Assembly (NCBI GenBank): GCA_963776995.1
Contig: CAVZPA010000005.1
Coordinates: 12,765-76,764 of the forward strand
Source: an uncultured Acidimicrobiia bacterium
Lineage (GTDB): Bacteria > Actinomycetota > Acidimicrobiia > Acidimicrobiales > Ilumatobacteraceae
Length of the DNA stretch: 64,000 nucleotides
Direction: 5' to 3'
Of this stretch, positions 17,942-29,400 are shown one piece after another (the stretch's first letter is position 1; each line of letters starts with the position of its first letter). The notes beneath the pieces were generated by a model. It ran no database searches, was not told the origin of the DNA, and saw nothing but the letters and a program-made list of their open reading frames with translations. Position numbers and translations under genes: made by a program.

Positions 17942-19567
17942 GTGGTGTTCGAGGCGTTGCGCCGGCGGTTGCCGACGCGCGTCGTGTGGACCACGGGGCT
18001 GAACCGCTTCGCCGAAGCCCAGGCGCTGTCAGGCGCGGGCGACGCCCTCGTGGCCGTGTCCCTCGCCGGCTCGCTGTTCTTCAGTCTGAGCCCTGACGCC
18101 TCCCGCGAGCAGGTCCTGCTGTACCTGCTGATCAACATGGCGCCCTTCGCCCTCCTGGCGCCACTGATCGGTCCGGCCATCGACCGCTTCCGCATGGGCC
18201 ACCGCTGGATCGCCACGTTCCTGTTCGCCCTGCGCGCCCTGTGCGCCTTGGCGTTGGCGTTCACCCTGCTCGACCTGGCCCTGTACTTCTTCGCCCTGGC
18301 ATTGCTGATCGCCGCCAAGGCGTCGGGCATCGTGCGTCAAGCCCTCGTACCGGCGCTCGTCGACGAGCCCGATCAGCTCGTCGCCGCCAACTCCCGGCTG
18401 GCCCGCCTCACCGTCATCGCCGGTGCCGTCGGCGGCGCCATCGGCGCCGCCGCGCTCGCCGCCACCGGGTCGCCGGCGGTGACGCTCGGCCTGGCCTGCG
18501 CGGCCTTCGTCGGGGCGGCCATCGCCACATTGCGCGTGCCCCAGGTCGCCGCCCACGACGTCTCTGTCGCCAGCGTCGAGTACGAGGAGCTGCACGCCCC
18601 GACGATCGTCGCCACTGGCTGGGCGTTCACCGTCGTGCGCGCCGCGGTCGGCTTCTTCGTCTTCGGCCTGGCCTTCGCCCTGCGCCGGGAGAGCGAGCCG
18701 GCGTGGATGTACGGCGCGGCGGTGGCCGCCTACGGCGTCGGGACGTTCGCCGGGAGCGCCGTCGCCCCGGTGCTGCGCCGGCGGTACGGCGAGGACCGGC
18801 TCACCGCCGGCGCCCTCGTCGCCCTCGCCATCGTCGCCGGCTTCGCTGCCCTCGGCGCATCGCGGGCCCTCGTCCTGCTCGTCTCCCTCGTCCTCGGCGC
18901 GGCCGCTGCCGTCGGGCGGCAGGGCTTCGATGCCCTCGTGCAGACCCGGGCACCCGGAGCGTCGCACGGGCGCTCGTTCGCCCGCTTCGAGACACGCTTC
19001 CAGCTCGGCTGGGTGGCCGGCGCGATCGCCGCCGTCGCCGTCGCCATCCCCACGCGCTACAGCCTCGCCGTCGTCGCCGTGGCGCTGGTCCCCGTCACCT
19101 GGCTCTACGTGCGGACCCTGCGCGAGGCCCACGAGGCCCACGTCGAGGATCCCTTCGACCCCGTCGAGATCGCCCGCCGGCGGATCGACCACGCCATCGA
19201 GTGGCATCACCGGCATCTCGATCGGCTCGCCGTGACCGAGCTCGCCGGCGTCGTCGACCTCGCCCGCGCCCTCGGGACGGAGATGGACGCCCCCTCGATC
19301 GTGCGCCTCGACGCGCTGCGCACGGCCGCCCTGTCGACCTGGCCGCTCGACACCCGCGAGGTGTACTGGGCGATCGAGCGGGCCGTCGCCCTCATCGAGC
19401 AGCTCGAGCGCACCTCGGCCGGCGACCGCCAGCCCACGCCCGCCGTGCCGGCGACCGGACCTCAGGCCTCGCCGGTGGGCAACACCGACGACGAGGTGAC
19501 CGTCCACTGCGACGAGACCAGCTCCATCGTGAACACGCGCTTCGACCAGTCGACGTCGGATCGGTAG
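17942..19567 (+). CDS. MFS-type transporter with a roughly 140-aa soluble C-terminal extension
   Basis: About 12 hydrophobic helices, then a helical Arg/Glu/His-rich tail. The last 106 nt overlap the convergent lipoprotein gene. Confidence 0.75.
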   Translation: MVFEALRRRLPTRVVWTTGLNRFAEAQALSGAGDALVAVSLAGSLFFSLSPDASREQVLLYLLINMAPFALLAPLIGPAIDRFRMGHRWIATFLFALRALCALALAFTLLDLALYFFALALLIAAKASGIVRQALVPALVDEPDQLVAANSRLARLTVIAGAVGGAIGAAALAATGSPAVTLGLACAAFVGAAIATLRVPQVAAHDVSVASVEYEELHAPTIVATGWAFTVVRAAVGFFVFGLAFALRRESEPAWMYGAAVAAYGVGTFAGSAVAPVLRRRYGEDRLTAGALVALAIVAGFAALGASRALVLLVSLVLGAAAAVGRQGFDALVQTRAPGASHGRSFARFETRFQLGWVAGAIAAVAVAIPTRYSLAVVAVALVPVTWLYVRTLREAHEAHVEDPFDPVEIARRRIDHAIEWHHRHLDRLAVTELAGVVDLARALGTEMDAPSIVRLDALRTAALSTWPLDTREVYWAIERAVALIEQLERTSAGDRQPTPAVPATGPQASPVGNTDDEVTVHCDETSSIVNTRFDQSTSDR

Positions 19568-19953
19568 ACCTCGACGGCGATGTCGACCGGGTCGCCCTCC
19601 GGTGCCAGGGCTCCGACGGCGATCAACAGGCCGTCGTCACGCACCGGGGCGTCGGCCTCGTCCTGGAGGACGACCTCGGACCTGGCGTCGGCGAACTGCA
19701 CATCGACGTCCTCGTCGAGCTCGCCGACGACCTCCGCCTGCACCGACGCCTCGATCTGCTCCTCCCCCACGCCGATGACGAACACGACCGGCAGCATCTC
19801 GGGGTCGTCCGGCGGGGGCTCCTCGCCCACCACGTCACGGATCGCCGCGATGTAGACCTGGGCATCGCGCGACAGCTCCTCGCTCCGGGGTCCGCCGCAG
19901 CCGACGATCGTCGCGGCCGCAACGACCACGACAGACGCAGCCCACGATCTCAC
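19462..19953 (-). CDS. Hypothetical lipoprotein
   Basis: Signal peptide with lipobox IVGCGG, an acidic mature region, and no family recognised. Confidence 0.6.
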   Translation of the reverse strand: MRSWAASVVVVAAATIVGCGGPRSEELSRDAQVYIAAIRDVVGEEPPPDDPEMLPVVFVIGVGEEQIEASVQAEVVGELDEDVDVQFADARSEVVLQDEADAPVRDDGLLIAVGALAPEGDPVDIAVEVYRSDVDWSKRVFTMELVSSQWTVTSSSVLPTGEA

Positions 19954-20003
19954 CCCGGCCAGGCTAGTTGGAAGGTCTCAGAGCACCTCGGACGGTTGTA
20001 CCG

Positions 20004-20492
20004 TCACGATGCGCCGGTGCGCAGGGCGATGATCCGCTCGACGGGCCCGTACGGCCACCCGTCGGGGAGGTCGGTGGGGAGGTCTGGCATGTTGACCACC
20101 GTCTGGCGGCGTTCGCCGAAGAGGATCAGCCCGAGCTCCTCGCGTGCCGCCTCCATGATCCCGGCGTCGGTCTGCAAGCGATCGACCTCGCGCTGCAGAT
20201 CGGCGTTCACCGACTGCAGCTCGCCGAGCTGCAGCTCGAGGCGTCCCAGCTCGTCGTTCTGACCGAACCACGTCCGCACGGGCAGTCCGAACAGGGCGGC
20301 CCCGATGGCCCCGGCGACGACGAGACCGGCGACGCCGAGGATGATGGCCGGCCGCCGGTTGGGGGCGATGCGCTGCTCCTTGGCGATCGGCCGCGTCAGG
20401 TCGCCGAGCCGTGACCGCCCGGCGTCGGACGCGCTGCGGCCCGGCGCCTTGCGGATGACGGTCGTCGTCCGGGCCTCGCTCACGACGGCCAT
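20004..20492 (-). CDS. ftsB: Septum formation initiator FtsB/DivIC-like protein
   Basis: ATG at 20492. One TM segment (AIILGVAGLVVAGAIGAALFG) is followed by a coiled coil (LGRLELQLGELQSVNADLQREVDRLQTD). It sits directly downstream of eno, as in many actinobacteria. Confidence 0.75.
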   Translation of the reverse strand: MAVVSEARTTTVIRKAPGRSASDAGRSRLGDLTRPIAKEQRIAPNRRPAIILGVAGLVVAGAIGAALFGLPVRTWFGQNDELGRLELQLGELQSVNADLQREVDRLQTDAGIMEAAREELGLILFGERRQTVVNMPDLPTDLPDGWPYGPVERIIALRTGAS

Positions 20493-20520
20493 TGTCGCAG
20501 CACGAGCCTGTCCGTCGAGG

Positions 20521-21813
<1,293 letters not shown>

Positions 21814-21879
21814 CTACCTCGCTCAGCTCGTTCATGAGGGAGCCACCGTAGTGCGCCGCCGTCGTGCCACCCTGGGCCG

Positions 21880-22677
21880 ATGGATCTCCAGCTCACCGGC
21901 AAGCGGGCCATCGTGACCGGCGGTAGTCGCGGCATCGGCAAGGCCGTTGCCGCGGCCCTGGCGGGCGAGGGCTGCGACGTCGTCATCGCCGCCCGTGGTC
22001 GCGAGGCCCTCGACGCCGCCGCAGCCGAGTTGACGGCCGTGGCGGGCAGGGCGGTCATCCCGCTGCCCGTCGACACCGGCGCCGACGAGTCGGTGCGGTC
22101 GATGGTCGCCGCGGCGCTCGACGCCCTCGGCGGTGTCGACATCCTCGTCAACAGCGCCGCCAAGCCGCTCGGGCAGGCACCGCCGCCGAAGCTCGCCGAC
22201 GTCACCGCCGAGCTCTTCTGGGACGACATGAACGTCAAGGTCCTCGGGTACCTGCGTTGCGCTCAGGCCGTCGCCCCCTCGATGATCGAGCAGGGCTGGG
22301 GGCGCATCATCAACATCTCCGGACTCGGGGCGCGCAGCACCGGGGCGGTGATCGGCTCGATGCGCAACGTCGCCGTGGCGGCGATGACGAAGAACCTCGC
22401 CGACGAGTTGGGTCCGCACGGCATCACCGTCACCGTGGTGCACCCCGGGCTGACGCGGACGGAGGCCACGCCGGGCGTGATCGAGCGCCTCGCCGCCAGC
22501 CGCGGCATCTCGCCGGCCGAGGCCGAGGACAGCCTCGCCCGCAACAGCATCCGGCGCGTCGTCGACGCCGCCGAGGTCGCCGACGTCGTGACGTTCCTCG
22601 CCTCACCGCGCAGCGGTTCGATCACCGGCGACGCCATCGCCTGCGGCGGCGGGCAACCCGGTCCCATCCACTACTGA
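21880..22677 (+). CDS. SDR family oxidoreductase
   Basis: TGGSRGIGKAV cofactor motif; 265 aa. Confidence 0.88.
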   Translation: MDLQLTGKRAIVTGGSRGIGKAVAAALAGEGCDVVIAARGREALDAAAAELTAVAGRAVIPLPVDTGADESVRSMVAAALDALGGVDILVNSAAKPLGQAPPPKLADVTAELFWDDMNVKVLGYLRCAQAVAPSMIEQGWGRIINISGLGARSTGAVIGSMRNVAVAAMTKNLADELGPHGITVTVVHPGLTRTEATPGVIERLAASRGISPAEAEDSLARNSIRRVVDAAEVADVVTFLASPRSGSITGDAIACGGGQPGPIHY

Positions 22678-23937
22678 TCGGTCGTGCCGAGATCGCCGAG
22701 GAACAGCTCCGCCGTCGGCCGCTCCAGTTCGAGGTGCTCGTCGGGTGCCGGGACGAGAATCTCGGGGATGTAGGTCTCCAGCGCCTCCTCCAGTGACACA
22801 TCGCGTCCCTGGCGCTCCGACTCGAACCAGCGGTGCTCGAGGATCTGGTGGAAGATCTCCGTCGCCTGCATCTTGCCGATCAGCGCCGGCGGGATGGCCC
22901 CGATGATCGGCTCGAAGCGCTGGTCGAACCAGCGCACGGCCGTGACGTTCTCCGACGGCGTGGCGCCGGTCCGCGACTGCATCTCGGCTCCGAAGCCGCG
23001 GATGTCGTCGAGCAGGCGCCGCGCCTGGTTCTCCCCCGCCCACAGGCCGGTGAGGGCGAACAGCCGATCCTGGTGGTACCCGCTCTCGACGACCCGCGGG
23101 ACGAGGCGCAGCCGCTGGCCGTCCTCGTCGGCGAGCACCTCCATCTCCCCGACGTCGAACCCGAGGTCGTGCAGGCGGCGCAGCCGTTGCTCGACCTTCC
23201 ACATCTCGCGGGGGGTGAACTCTTCGATGGCCGGTGAGCTCGTTCCACAGGCTCTCGTAGCGCGACTCGAGGTTGCTGGCGACACCGAACGGGTCGATCT
23301 CGTCGACCAGGCGGCCCCCGGCCTGCAGGTCGAGCAGGCCACCGGCGACGTTCTCCGCGGCGATCTCCAGATCGGTCTTGCGCTGCCCGTCCGTCAGCTG
23401 GTCGTGGCGCTCGCTGGTCTCGACATCGATGATGTAGGCCTGCAGGAGACCGGCGTCGCGCCGGAACAAGGTGTTCGACAGTGAGCAGTCGCCCCAGTAG
23501 AAGCCGGCCAGATGGAGGCGGACGAGCAGACCGACGAGGGCGTCGAGGAGACGGTCGCCGAGGTAGGGGATCGTCAGGCCGCGCCCCGACAGCAGCGTTC
23601 GGTAGGGCAGCGAGTAGTCGAGATGGCGGGTGACCAGCAGGCCGTCGCGCTCGCCGGAACGGTCGGTGACGACGGCCACGACGATGACCGTCGGCAAACG
23701 GTCCTCGACGAGACCGCGCAGCAGGCGGTACTCACGGCGGGCCAGGCGATCGGGGAGCTCCTTGACGACGTAGGACGTGCGCTGGGCGCCCTCGCCGAGC
23801 TCGACGAGGCGGACCACGTGGCGGTGCAGGCCGAGCACGCCGTGCATGTGCGGGAGGTCCCACTCGGCGAGGTCGGCGGCGAACGGCAGCGTCCCGAGGT
23901 GCGGATGGTCCGACGGATCGGCGAACTGCAGGCGCAC
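22671..23937 (-). pseudogene. DUF4032 domain protein with kinase-like N-terminal region; frame broken near 23226-23250
   Basis: The N-terminal part from ATG 23937 (MRLQFADPSDHPHLGTLPF...RHVVRLVELGE...YVVKELP...LAGFYWGDCSLSNTLF...IIDVETSE) ends in junk after SLWNELTG. The C-terminal part (IEEFTPREMWKVEQRLRRLHDLGFDV...) is in ORF 22671-23342. Confidence 0.7.
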
Positions 23938-23979
23938 ACCGCCATTCTGGCTCGGCCGGTGACGGCGCCCGCGCCGCCC

Positions 23980-25422
23980 TCAGGGCTCGGCGCGCTTGAC
24001 CTCGTTCCAAAGGGCGTCGAGCGTGGCCAGGTCGGCGGCGCGGAGGTCGACGCCGCGCTCGGCGGCGAGAGCCTCGACACCCTCGAAGCGCCGGCGGAAC
24101 TTGCTCGCCGCCGCCCGCACGGCCAGCTCGGCTTCGACGTCGGTGTGGCGGGCGACGTTGACGAGGGCGATGGCGACGTCGCCCAACTCGTCGGCGATGC
24201 GCGCCGCGTCGCCGCCGGCGATGGCGGCGCGCAGCTCGCCGACCTCCTCGTCGACCTTGGCCAGCGGCCCGGCGACGTCAGGCCAGTCGAAGCCGACTTT
24301 GGCCGCCTTGCCCATCAGTTGCTGCGCGTAGGCCAGCGCCGGGAGCGAACGGGCGACGCCGTCGAACACCGACTGCCGGCCCTTCTCCTCGCGCTTGATG
24401 TCGTCCCAGTTCGCCAGCACCGTCGCGGCGTCGTCGGCGGCGACGTCACCGAACACGTGCGGATGGCGGCGCACCAGCTTGTCGTGGATGCCCTCGGTGA
24501 CGTCGGCGATCGAGAACCGTCCGGCCTGCTCGGCGATCGTGGCGTGGAACTCGATCTGGTAGAGCAGGTCACCGAGCTCCTCGACCAGGGCGTCCTCGGT
24601 GACCGGGTCGTCGGGGTCCAGCGCCTCGACGGCGTCGACGAGCTCGAACGTCTCCTCGACGAGGTACGGCAGCAGGCTGCGATGGGTCTGCTCGCGGTCC
24701 CACGGGCACTGCTCGCGCAACGTGCGGGCGAGCTGGTGGAAGCGGACGTAACCGTGGCCGACGGGCACGCCGAGCGAGGGCACGTACACGCACGTCAGGT
24801 GATCCGGTTCCACCGCCCGGTCGAGCTCACTCCAGGTCGTGGTGGTGATCGACTCGCCTGGCGTGCCGAGGCCCTGGAGGATGACGACCGGCTCGTCGCC
24901 GCGGGCGTCCTCGACGGCCAGCTTGACGTCCGACAACACCCACTCGGCATGCGTGTGGGCGATCAGCACCGGACCGCTGACGCCGGCCGCGGCGGTGGCG
25001 AACTCGTGCCCGTCGATCAGCCGCACACCCGACTCGACGGGATCGATGCCGAGCCGCGCCCACGCCAGGTCGAGGAACGACATCGCCGGTAGCACGACGC
25101 AGTCGACGCGCTCGTCGGCTTGCAGCAGGCGCACCGTGCGCTCGAGCACGAGCGGCGATCCGGGCACCGCGTACAGCACCTCGCCGTGCTCGATCGCCGC
25201 GGCGACGAGCGACTCGGCGATCGACGAGTACACGTCGGCGAAGCGATCGGCGGACTCGTAGACGTCGTCGAACGTCGACGCCGCCGGCACCAGCTCGGCG
25301 CTCGGGTGCCGGGCCGTGCGCAGGTAGCGGTGCGGGATCCGCTCGATCGCCTGCAGCGTCTCGACGGTGACGTGCTCGTGGCCGCCCGGACCGAGCCCGA
25401 CGACGACGATCCTCGGTCTCAC
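23980..25422 (-). CDS. mazG: Tetrapyrrole-methylase-like domain fused to MazG nucleoside triphosphate pyrophosphohydrolase (YabN-type)
   Basis: GTG at 25422. The N-terminus IVVVGLGPGG...YAVPGSPLV is TP_methylase-like. The C-terminal half has tandem MazG repeats (EETFELVDAVE...ELGDLLYQI...RRHPHVFGD; EEVGELRAAI...ELGDVAIALVN). Confidence 0.88.
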   Translation of the reverse strand: MRPRIVVVGLGPGGHEHVTVETLQAIERIPHRYLRTARHPSAELVPAASTFDDVYESADRFADVYSSIAESLVAAAIEHGEVLYAVPGSPLVLERTVRLLQADERVDCVVLPAMSFLDLAWARLGIDPVESGVRLIDGHEFATAAAGVSGPVLIAHTHAEWVLSDVKLAVEDARGDEPVVILQGLGTPGESITTTTWSELDRAVEPDHLTCVYVPSLGVPVGHGYVRFHQLARTLREQCPWDREQTHRSLLPYLVEETFELVDAVEALDPDDPVTEDALVEELGDLLYQIEFHATIAEQAGRFSIADVTEGIHDKLVRRHPHVFGDVAADDAATVLANWDDIKREEKGRQSVFDGVARSLPALAYAQQLMGKAAKVGFDWPDVAGPLAKVDEEVGELRAAIAGGDAARIADELGDVAIALVNVARHTDVEAELAVRAAASKFRRRFEGVEALAAERGVDLRAADLATLDALWNEVKRAEP

Positions 25423-25442
25423 CCGTGGACCATGTCGCCGAG

Positions 25443-25472
25443 GCGAGCGAGCGAGCGCCAGCGAGCGAGCGG
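25443..25472. repeat. GCGAGC-type microsatellite (GCGAGCGAGCGAGCGCCAGCGAGCGAGCGG)
   Basis: Read directly. It is intergenic, between the PPIase stop and the mazG start. The reverse-complement motif CTCGCTCGCT recurs at 44490-44550 and 43111-43134. Confidence 0.85.
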
Positions 25473-25505
25473 CCAGCAAGCGGCCTGCGTGGCCGGGGAA
25501 CGCAG

Positions 25506-26411
25506 TCACAGGGCGACGACGGCGCTCGTCAGCGGGTCCCAGCGCCCGTAGCGCGGGTCGACGCCGACGTCGGACGTCGCCAGGTAGCCGGCGAACATCA
25601 GCTCGCCACCCTGCTCGGCGAACAGTGCCTCCAGCGGTTCGGCGATCTCGTCGAACGGCCGGCGCTCGATGACGTGCCACCCGAGCGACGTCTGCACCGG
25701 CTGTGTCGGTTCGCCGATCTCGCTCGCCTCGACGGCCGACAGGAAGTCTGGGCCGGCCTGGGTGACCGAGGTCAACGGGATGCACTCACCGCCGAGGACG
25801 GCGTCCGACTCGGCCGCCGCCGGATCCGTGGAGCGCTCGGCGGCCAGCTCGACGAAGTCGGCGCCCGCTTCCAGCTCGTCGAGGACGTCGAGGGCCTCGC
25901 TCTCCGTCTCCACCAGGATGTGCCGGGCGCAGAGCGCTCCGAGGCTCGCGGGCGAGTCGGCGTAGAGGCGCTCCAACTCGGCGCTGTCGGGCGTTGCGAC
26001 GCGCCCACGTGCCGTCGGTGCCGCCTGCAGGTCGACGAACAGCTGCACGACCTCATCGGGGAGGTCGAGCACGGGGTCGTCGTCGGGGACGTTCGCCAGC
26101 ACGGTGTCGCGGTCCTCCTGGGTGATCGACTCACCGGCGGTGGCGAGGTACTGCTCGTTGGCGGCGCCCTCGACCATCGCCGTCAACAGGCTCCGGCCGT
26201 TGTCACCCGCCACGGTGCCAGTGACAGAGTCGACCGTGAACTGCAGCGAAGGTGACTCGGCGAAGGCGGCGAGCATCGACTCGTAGTCGTCGCGCGAGAC
26301 CTCCTCCTCGCCGACGGTCGCGGCGGCGTCGTTGTCGTCGAACGTGCTGCATCCCGAGGCGGCGACGGCGGCGAGGGCGACGAGCAGAGCAGCGCGACGG
26401 CGGCGGATCAC
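25506..26411 (-). CDS. Parvulin-type peptidyl-prolyl isomerase lipoprotein (PpiC/SurA-like)
   Basis: GTG at 26411 overlaps the mfd stop (GTGA). Lipobox AASGCS. Parvulin core: ARHILVETESEALDVLDELEAGADFVELAAERSTD...GWHVI. Confidence 0.8.
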   Translation of the reverse strand: MIRRRRAALLVALAAVAASGCSTFDDNDAAATVGEEEVSRDDYESMLAAFAESPSLQFTVDSVTGTVAGDNGRSLLTAMVEGAANEQYLATAGESITQEDRDTVLANVPDDDPVLDLPDEVVQLFVDLQAAPTARGRVATPDSAELERLYADSPASLGALCARHILVETESEALDVLDELEAGADFVELAAERSTDPAAAESDAVLGGECIPLTSVTQAGPDFLSAVEASEIGEPTQPVQTSLGWHVIERRPFDEIAEPLEALFAEQGGELMFAGYLATSDVGVDPRYGRWDPLTSAVVAL

Positions 26412-29400
26412 GGCGCCGAAGCTACCGTTCCGGGCTCGTCGGTCACAGGCGGGATGAGCTCGCGGAGAAAGCCGACGAGGAACTCGGCGGGCTCGGCGCG
26501 CCGCGCGATCGGCACCACCAGCTGGCGGGCATCCTCCTTCCACTTGGCGTCGCGCGAGAGCCGGCGCAACCGTGTGGTCTGGCTCAGCTTGAGGTCGAGC
26601 GGGGCGAGGCGGGCCTGGTCGGAGGAGATCGAGATGTCCGTCACGCCGAGGCGGTGGCACTCGGCGCGCAGCGCGCCGACGGTGAGCAAGGCCTCGGCCG
26701 GCGGCGGCAGCGGTCCGTAGCGGTCCTCCCACTCGGCGCGGATGTCGGCCACCTGCTCCGGCGTCGTGACGCCGGCGAGGCGCCGATAGGCCTCCAGGCG
26801 CAGCTCCTCCTTGGTGACGTAGTCCACGGGGAGGTAGGCGTCGGTCGGCACGTCGAGCTTGATCTCCGCCGGCGGGCGGATCGGCTCGCCCTTCATCTCG
26901 GCGACGGCCTCGGTGACCATCTGGCAGTACAGGTCGTAGCCGACGGCGGCGATGTGCCCGGACTGGGCCTGGCCGAGCAGGTTGCCGGCGCCGCGGATCT
27001 CGAGGTCGCGCATGGCGATCTTGAACCCGCTGCCCAGCTCGGTGGCTTCGCCGATCGTCTTCAACCGCTCGTAGGCCTCCTCGGTCAGCGTGACGTCGAC
27101 GGGGTGGAACAGATAGGCGTAGGCCCGCTGGCCGCTGCGCCCGACGCGGCCGCGGAGCTGGTGCAGCTGACCCAGCCCGAGCAGATCGGCCCGCTCGACG
27201 ACGAGGGTGTTCACCGTCGGCATGTCGATGCCCGACTCGATGATCGTCGTGCACACGAGGACGTCGAAGCGGCCCTCCCAGAAGTCGAAGACCACCTGTT
27301 CCAGCGTGCCCTCGTCCATCTGGCCGTGGGCGACGGCGATGCGTGCCTCGGGCACCAGTTCGCGCAGGCGGGCCGCGGCGTGCTCGATCGAGCGCACCCG
27401 GTTGTGGACCCAGAACACCTGACCCTCACGCAGCAGCTCGCGGCGGATCGCCTCCACGGCGACGCGCTCGTCGTAACCGCCGACGTAGGTGAGGATCGGA
27501 AGGCGGTCTGCCGGCGGCGTCTGCAGCAGCGACAGGTCGCGGATCCCGACGAGGCTCATCTCCAGCGTGCGCGGGATGGGCGTCGCCGTCAGGGTCAGGA
27601 CGTCGACGTTCGTCTTGAGCTGCTTCATCGCCTCCTTGTGCTGCACGCCGAAGCGCTGCTCCTCGTCGACCACGAGCAGCCCGAGGTCCTTGAACCGGAC
27701 CTGCTCGCCGAGCAGCCTGTGGGTGCCGACGACGCAGTCCACCGCGCCGGACTCGATGCCCTTGATGACGTCGCGGGCCTGGGCGGGGGTGAGGAAGCGG
27801 CTCAGCGTCTCGACACGGATCGGGTAGCCGGCGAAGCGGTCGGCAAAGGTGTTGCCGTGCTGGCTGGCGAGCAGCGTCGTCGGCGTCAGCACGGCCACCT
27901 GCTTGCCGTCCTGGATGGCCTTGAACGCAGCACGCACGGCGACCTCCGTCTTGCCGAAGCCGACGTCGCCGGTCACGAGGCGGTCCATCGGGTAGGGCAG
28001 CTCCATGTCGCCCTTGACGTCGGCGATGGCGACGCGCTGGTCGGGCGTCTCGACGTACGGGAAGGACTCCTCCATCTCGGCCTGCCACGGCGTGTCGTTG
28101 CCGAAGGCGAAGCCTTCGGCGTTGACCCGCTTCTGGTACAGCACGACGAGCTCCTGGGCGATCTCGCGGACGGCGGAGCGGACGCGGCTCTTGGCCTTGG
28201 CGAAGTCGCTGCCGCCGAGGCGGTGCAGGGTGGGCGCCTCCCCGCCGACGTACTGGCGCAGCACGTCGATCTGGTCGGACGGCACATACAGCCTGTCGTC
28301 GCCCTTGTAGGCGACGAGGAGGTAGTCGCGCTCGACGCCGCCGATGGTCCGCTTGACCATCCCTTCGTAGCGGCCGACGCCGTGCTGGACGTGGACGACG
28401 TAGTTGCCCGGCTTGAGATCCTCGAAGAACCCGGCGCTGTCGCGTCGACGCGGCCGCGGCCGACGGTGGGCGTGCCGCCGCCCGGTGAGGTCGCTCTCGG
28501 CGACGATGGCCAGCTTGGCCGCCGGCAACGTGACGCCGTGGTGCAAGGGAGCGACGACCACGTGGCCGCCGGCGCGGGTGAGATCACCAGCGGTGCCACG
28601 GTGGACCGGCAGGTCGAGGCCGTGCTCCCGGAGCAGCCCGGCGAGGCGGTCCGCCGACCCCTCGCCGTCGGCGGCGACGACGACGCGGTACCCGTTGGCG
28701 AGCAGCTGGGTCAGCCGGGCGACGAGTCCGGATCCGTCGCCGACGACCGGTCCCCACCCCGACGCCTGCACGACCGGCGTCTCCGGGGACTCCGGCGCCG
28801 AGTCGAGCGTCCAGGGGGCATCGCGACCGCTCAACATGCGGTCCGGACTGGCGTGCAGGCGCGGGAAGGGCTTGTCGGGATCGCGCTCCCACGTCGACGC
28901 CAACGCCTTCGCCAGGTCGTCCTCCTCGGCGAGCAGGTCGATCGCCCGGTCGCGCATCCGACGCGGCTCGACGAGCAGCACCTTGGCGCTGGTCGGCAGG
29001 ACGTCCGTGAGCAGCTCCTCGGTGTCCACGAGCCAGGGCAGCCAGCTCTCCATGCCGTCGAACAAGGTCCCTTCGGCGAGGCGCTCCCACTGCTCACGGC
29101 CCCACGGCTCGGCCCCGACGAGCTTGGAGGCCCGCGCCCGCACGTCGTCGGAGGGGATCAGCTCGCGGGCCGGGAAGATCAGCGTCTCCGCCAGATCGTC
29201 GATCGAGCGCTGGTCGTTGACGCCGAAGCGGGTCAGCCGATCGACCTCGTCACCCCACAGGTCGATGCGCACCGGGGAGTCGCCGGTCGAGGGGAAGACG
29301 TCGATGATCGCCCCGCGGCGGGCGAACTCGCCGCGGTGCTCGACGAGCTCCTCGCGGCGGTACCCGAAGGAAACGAGCCGTGCGACGAGCTCGTCGGGGT

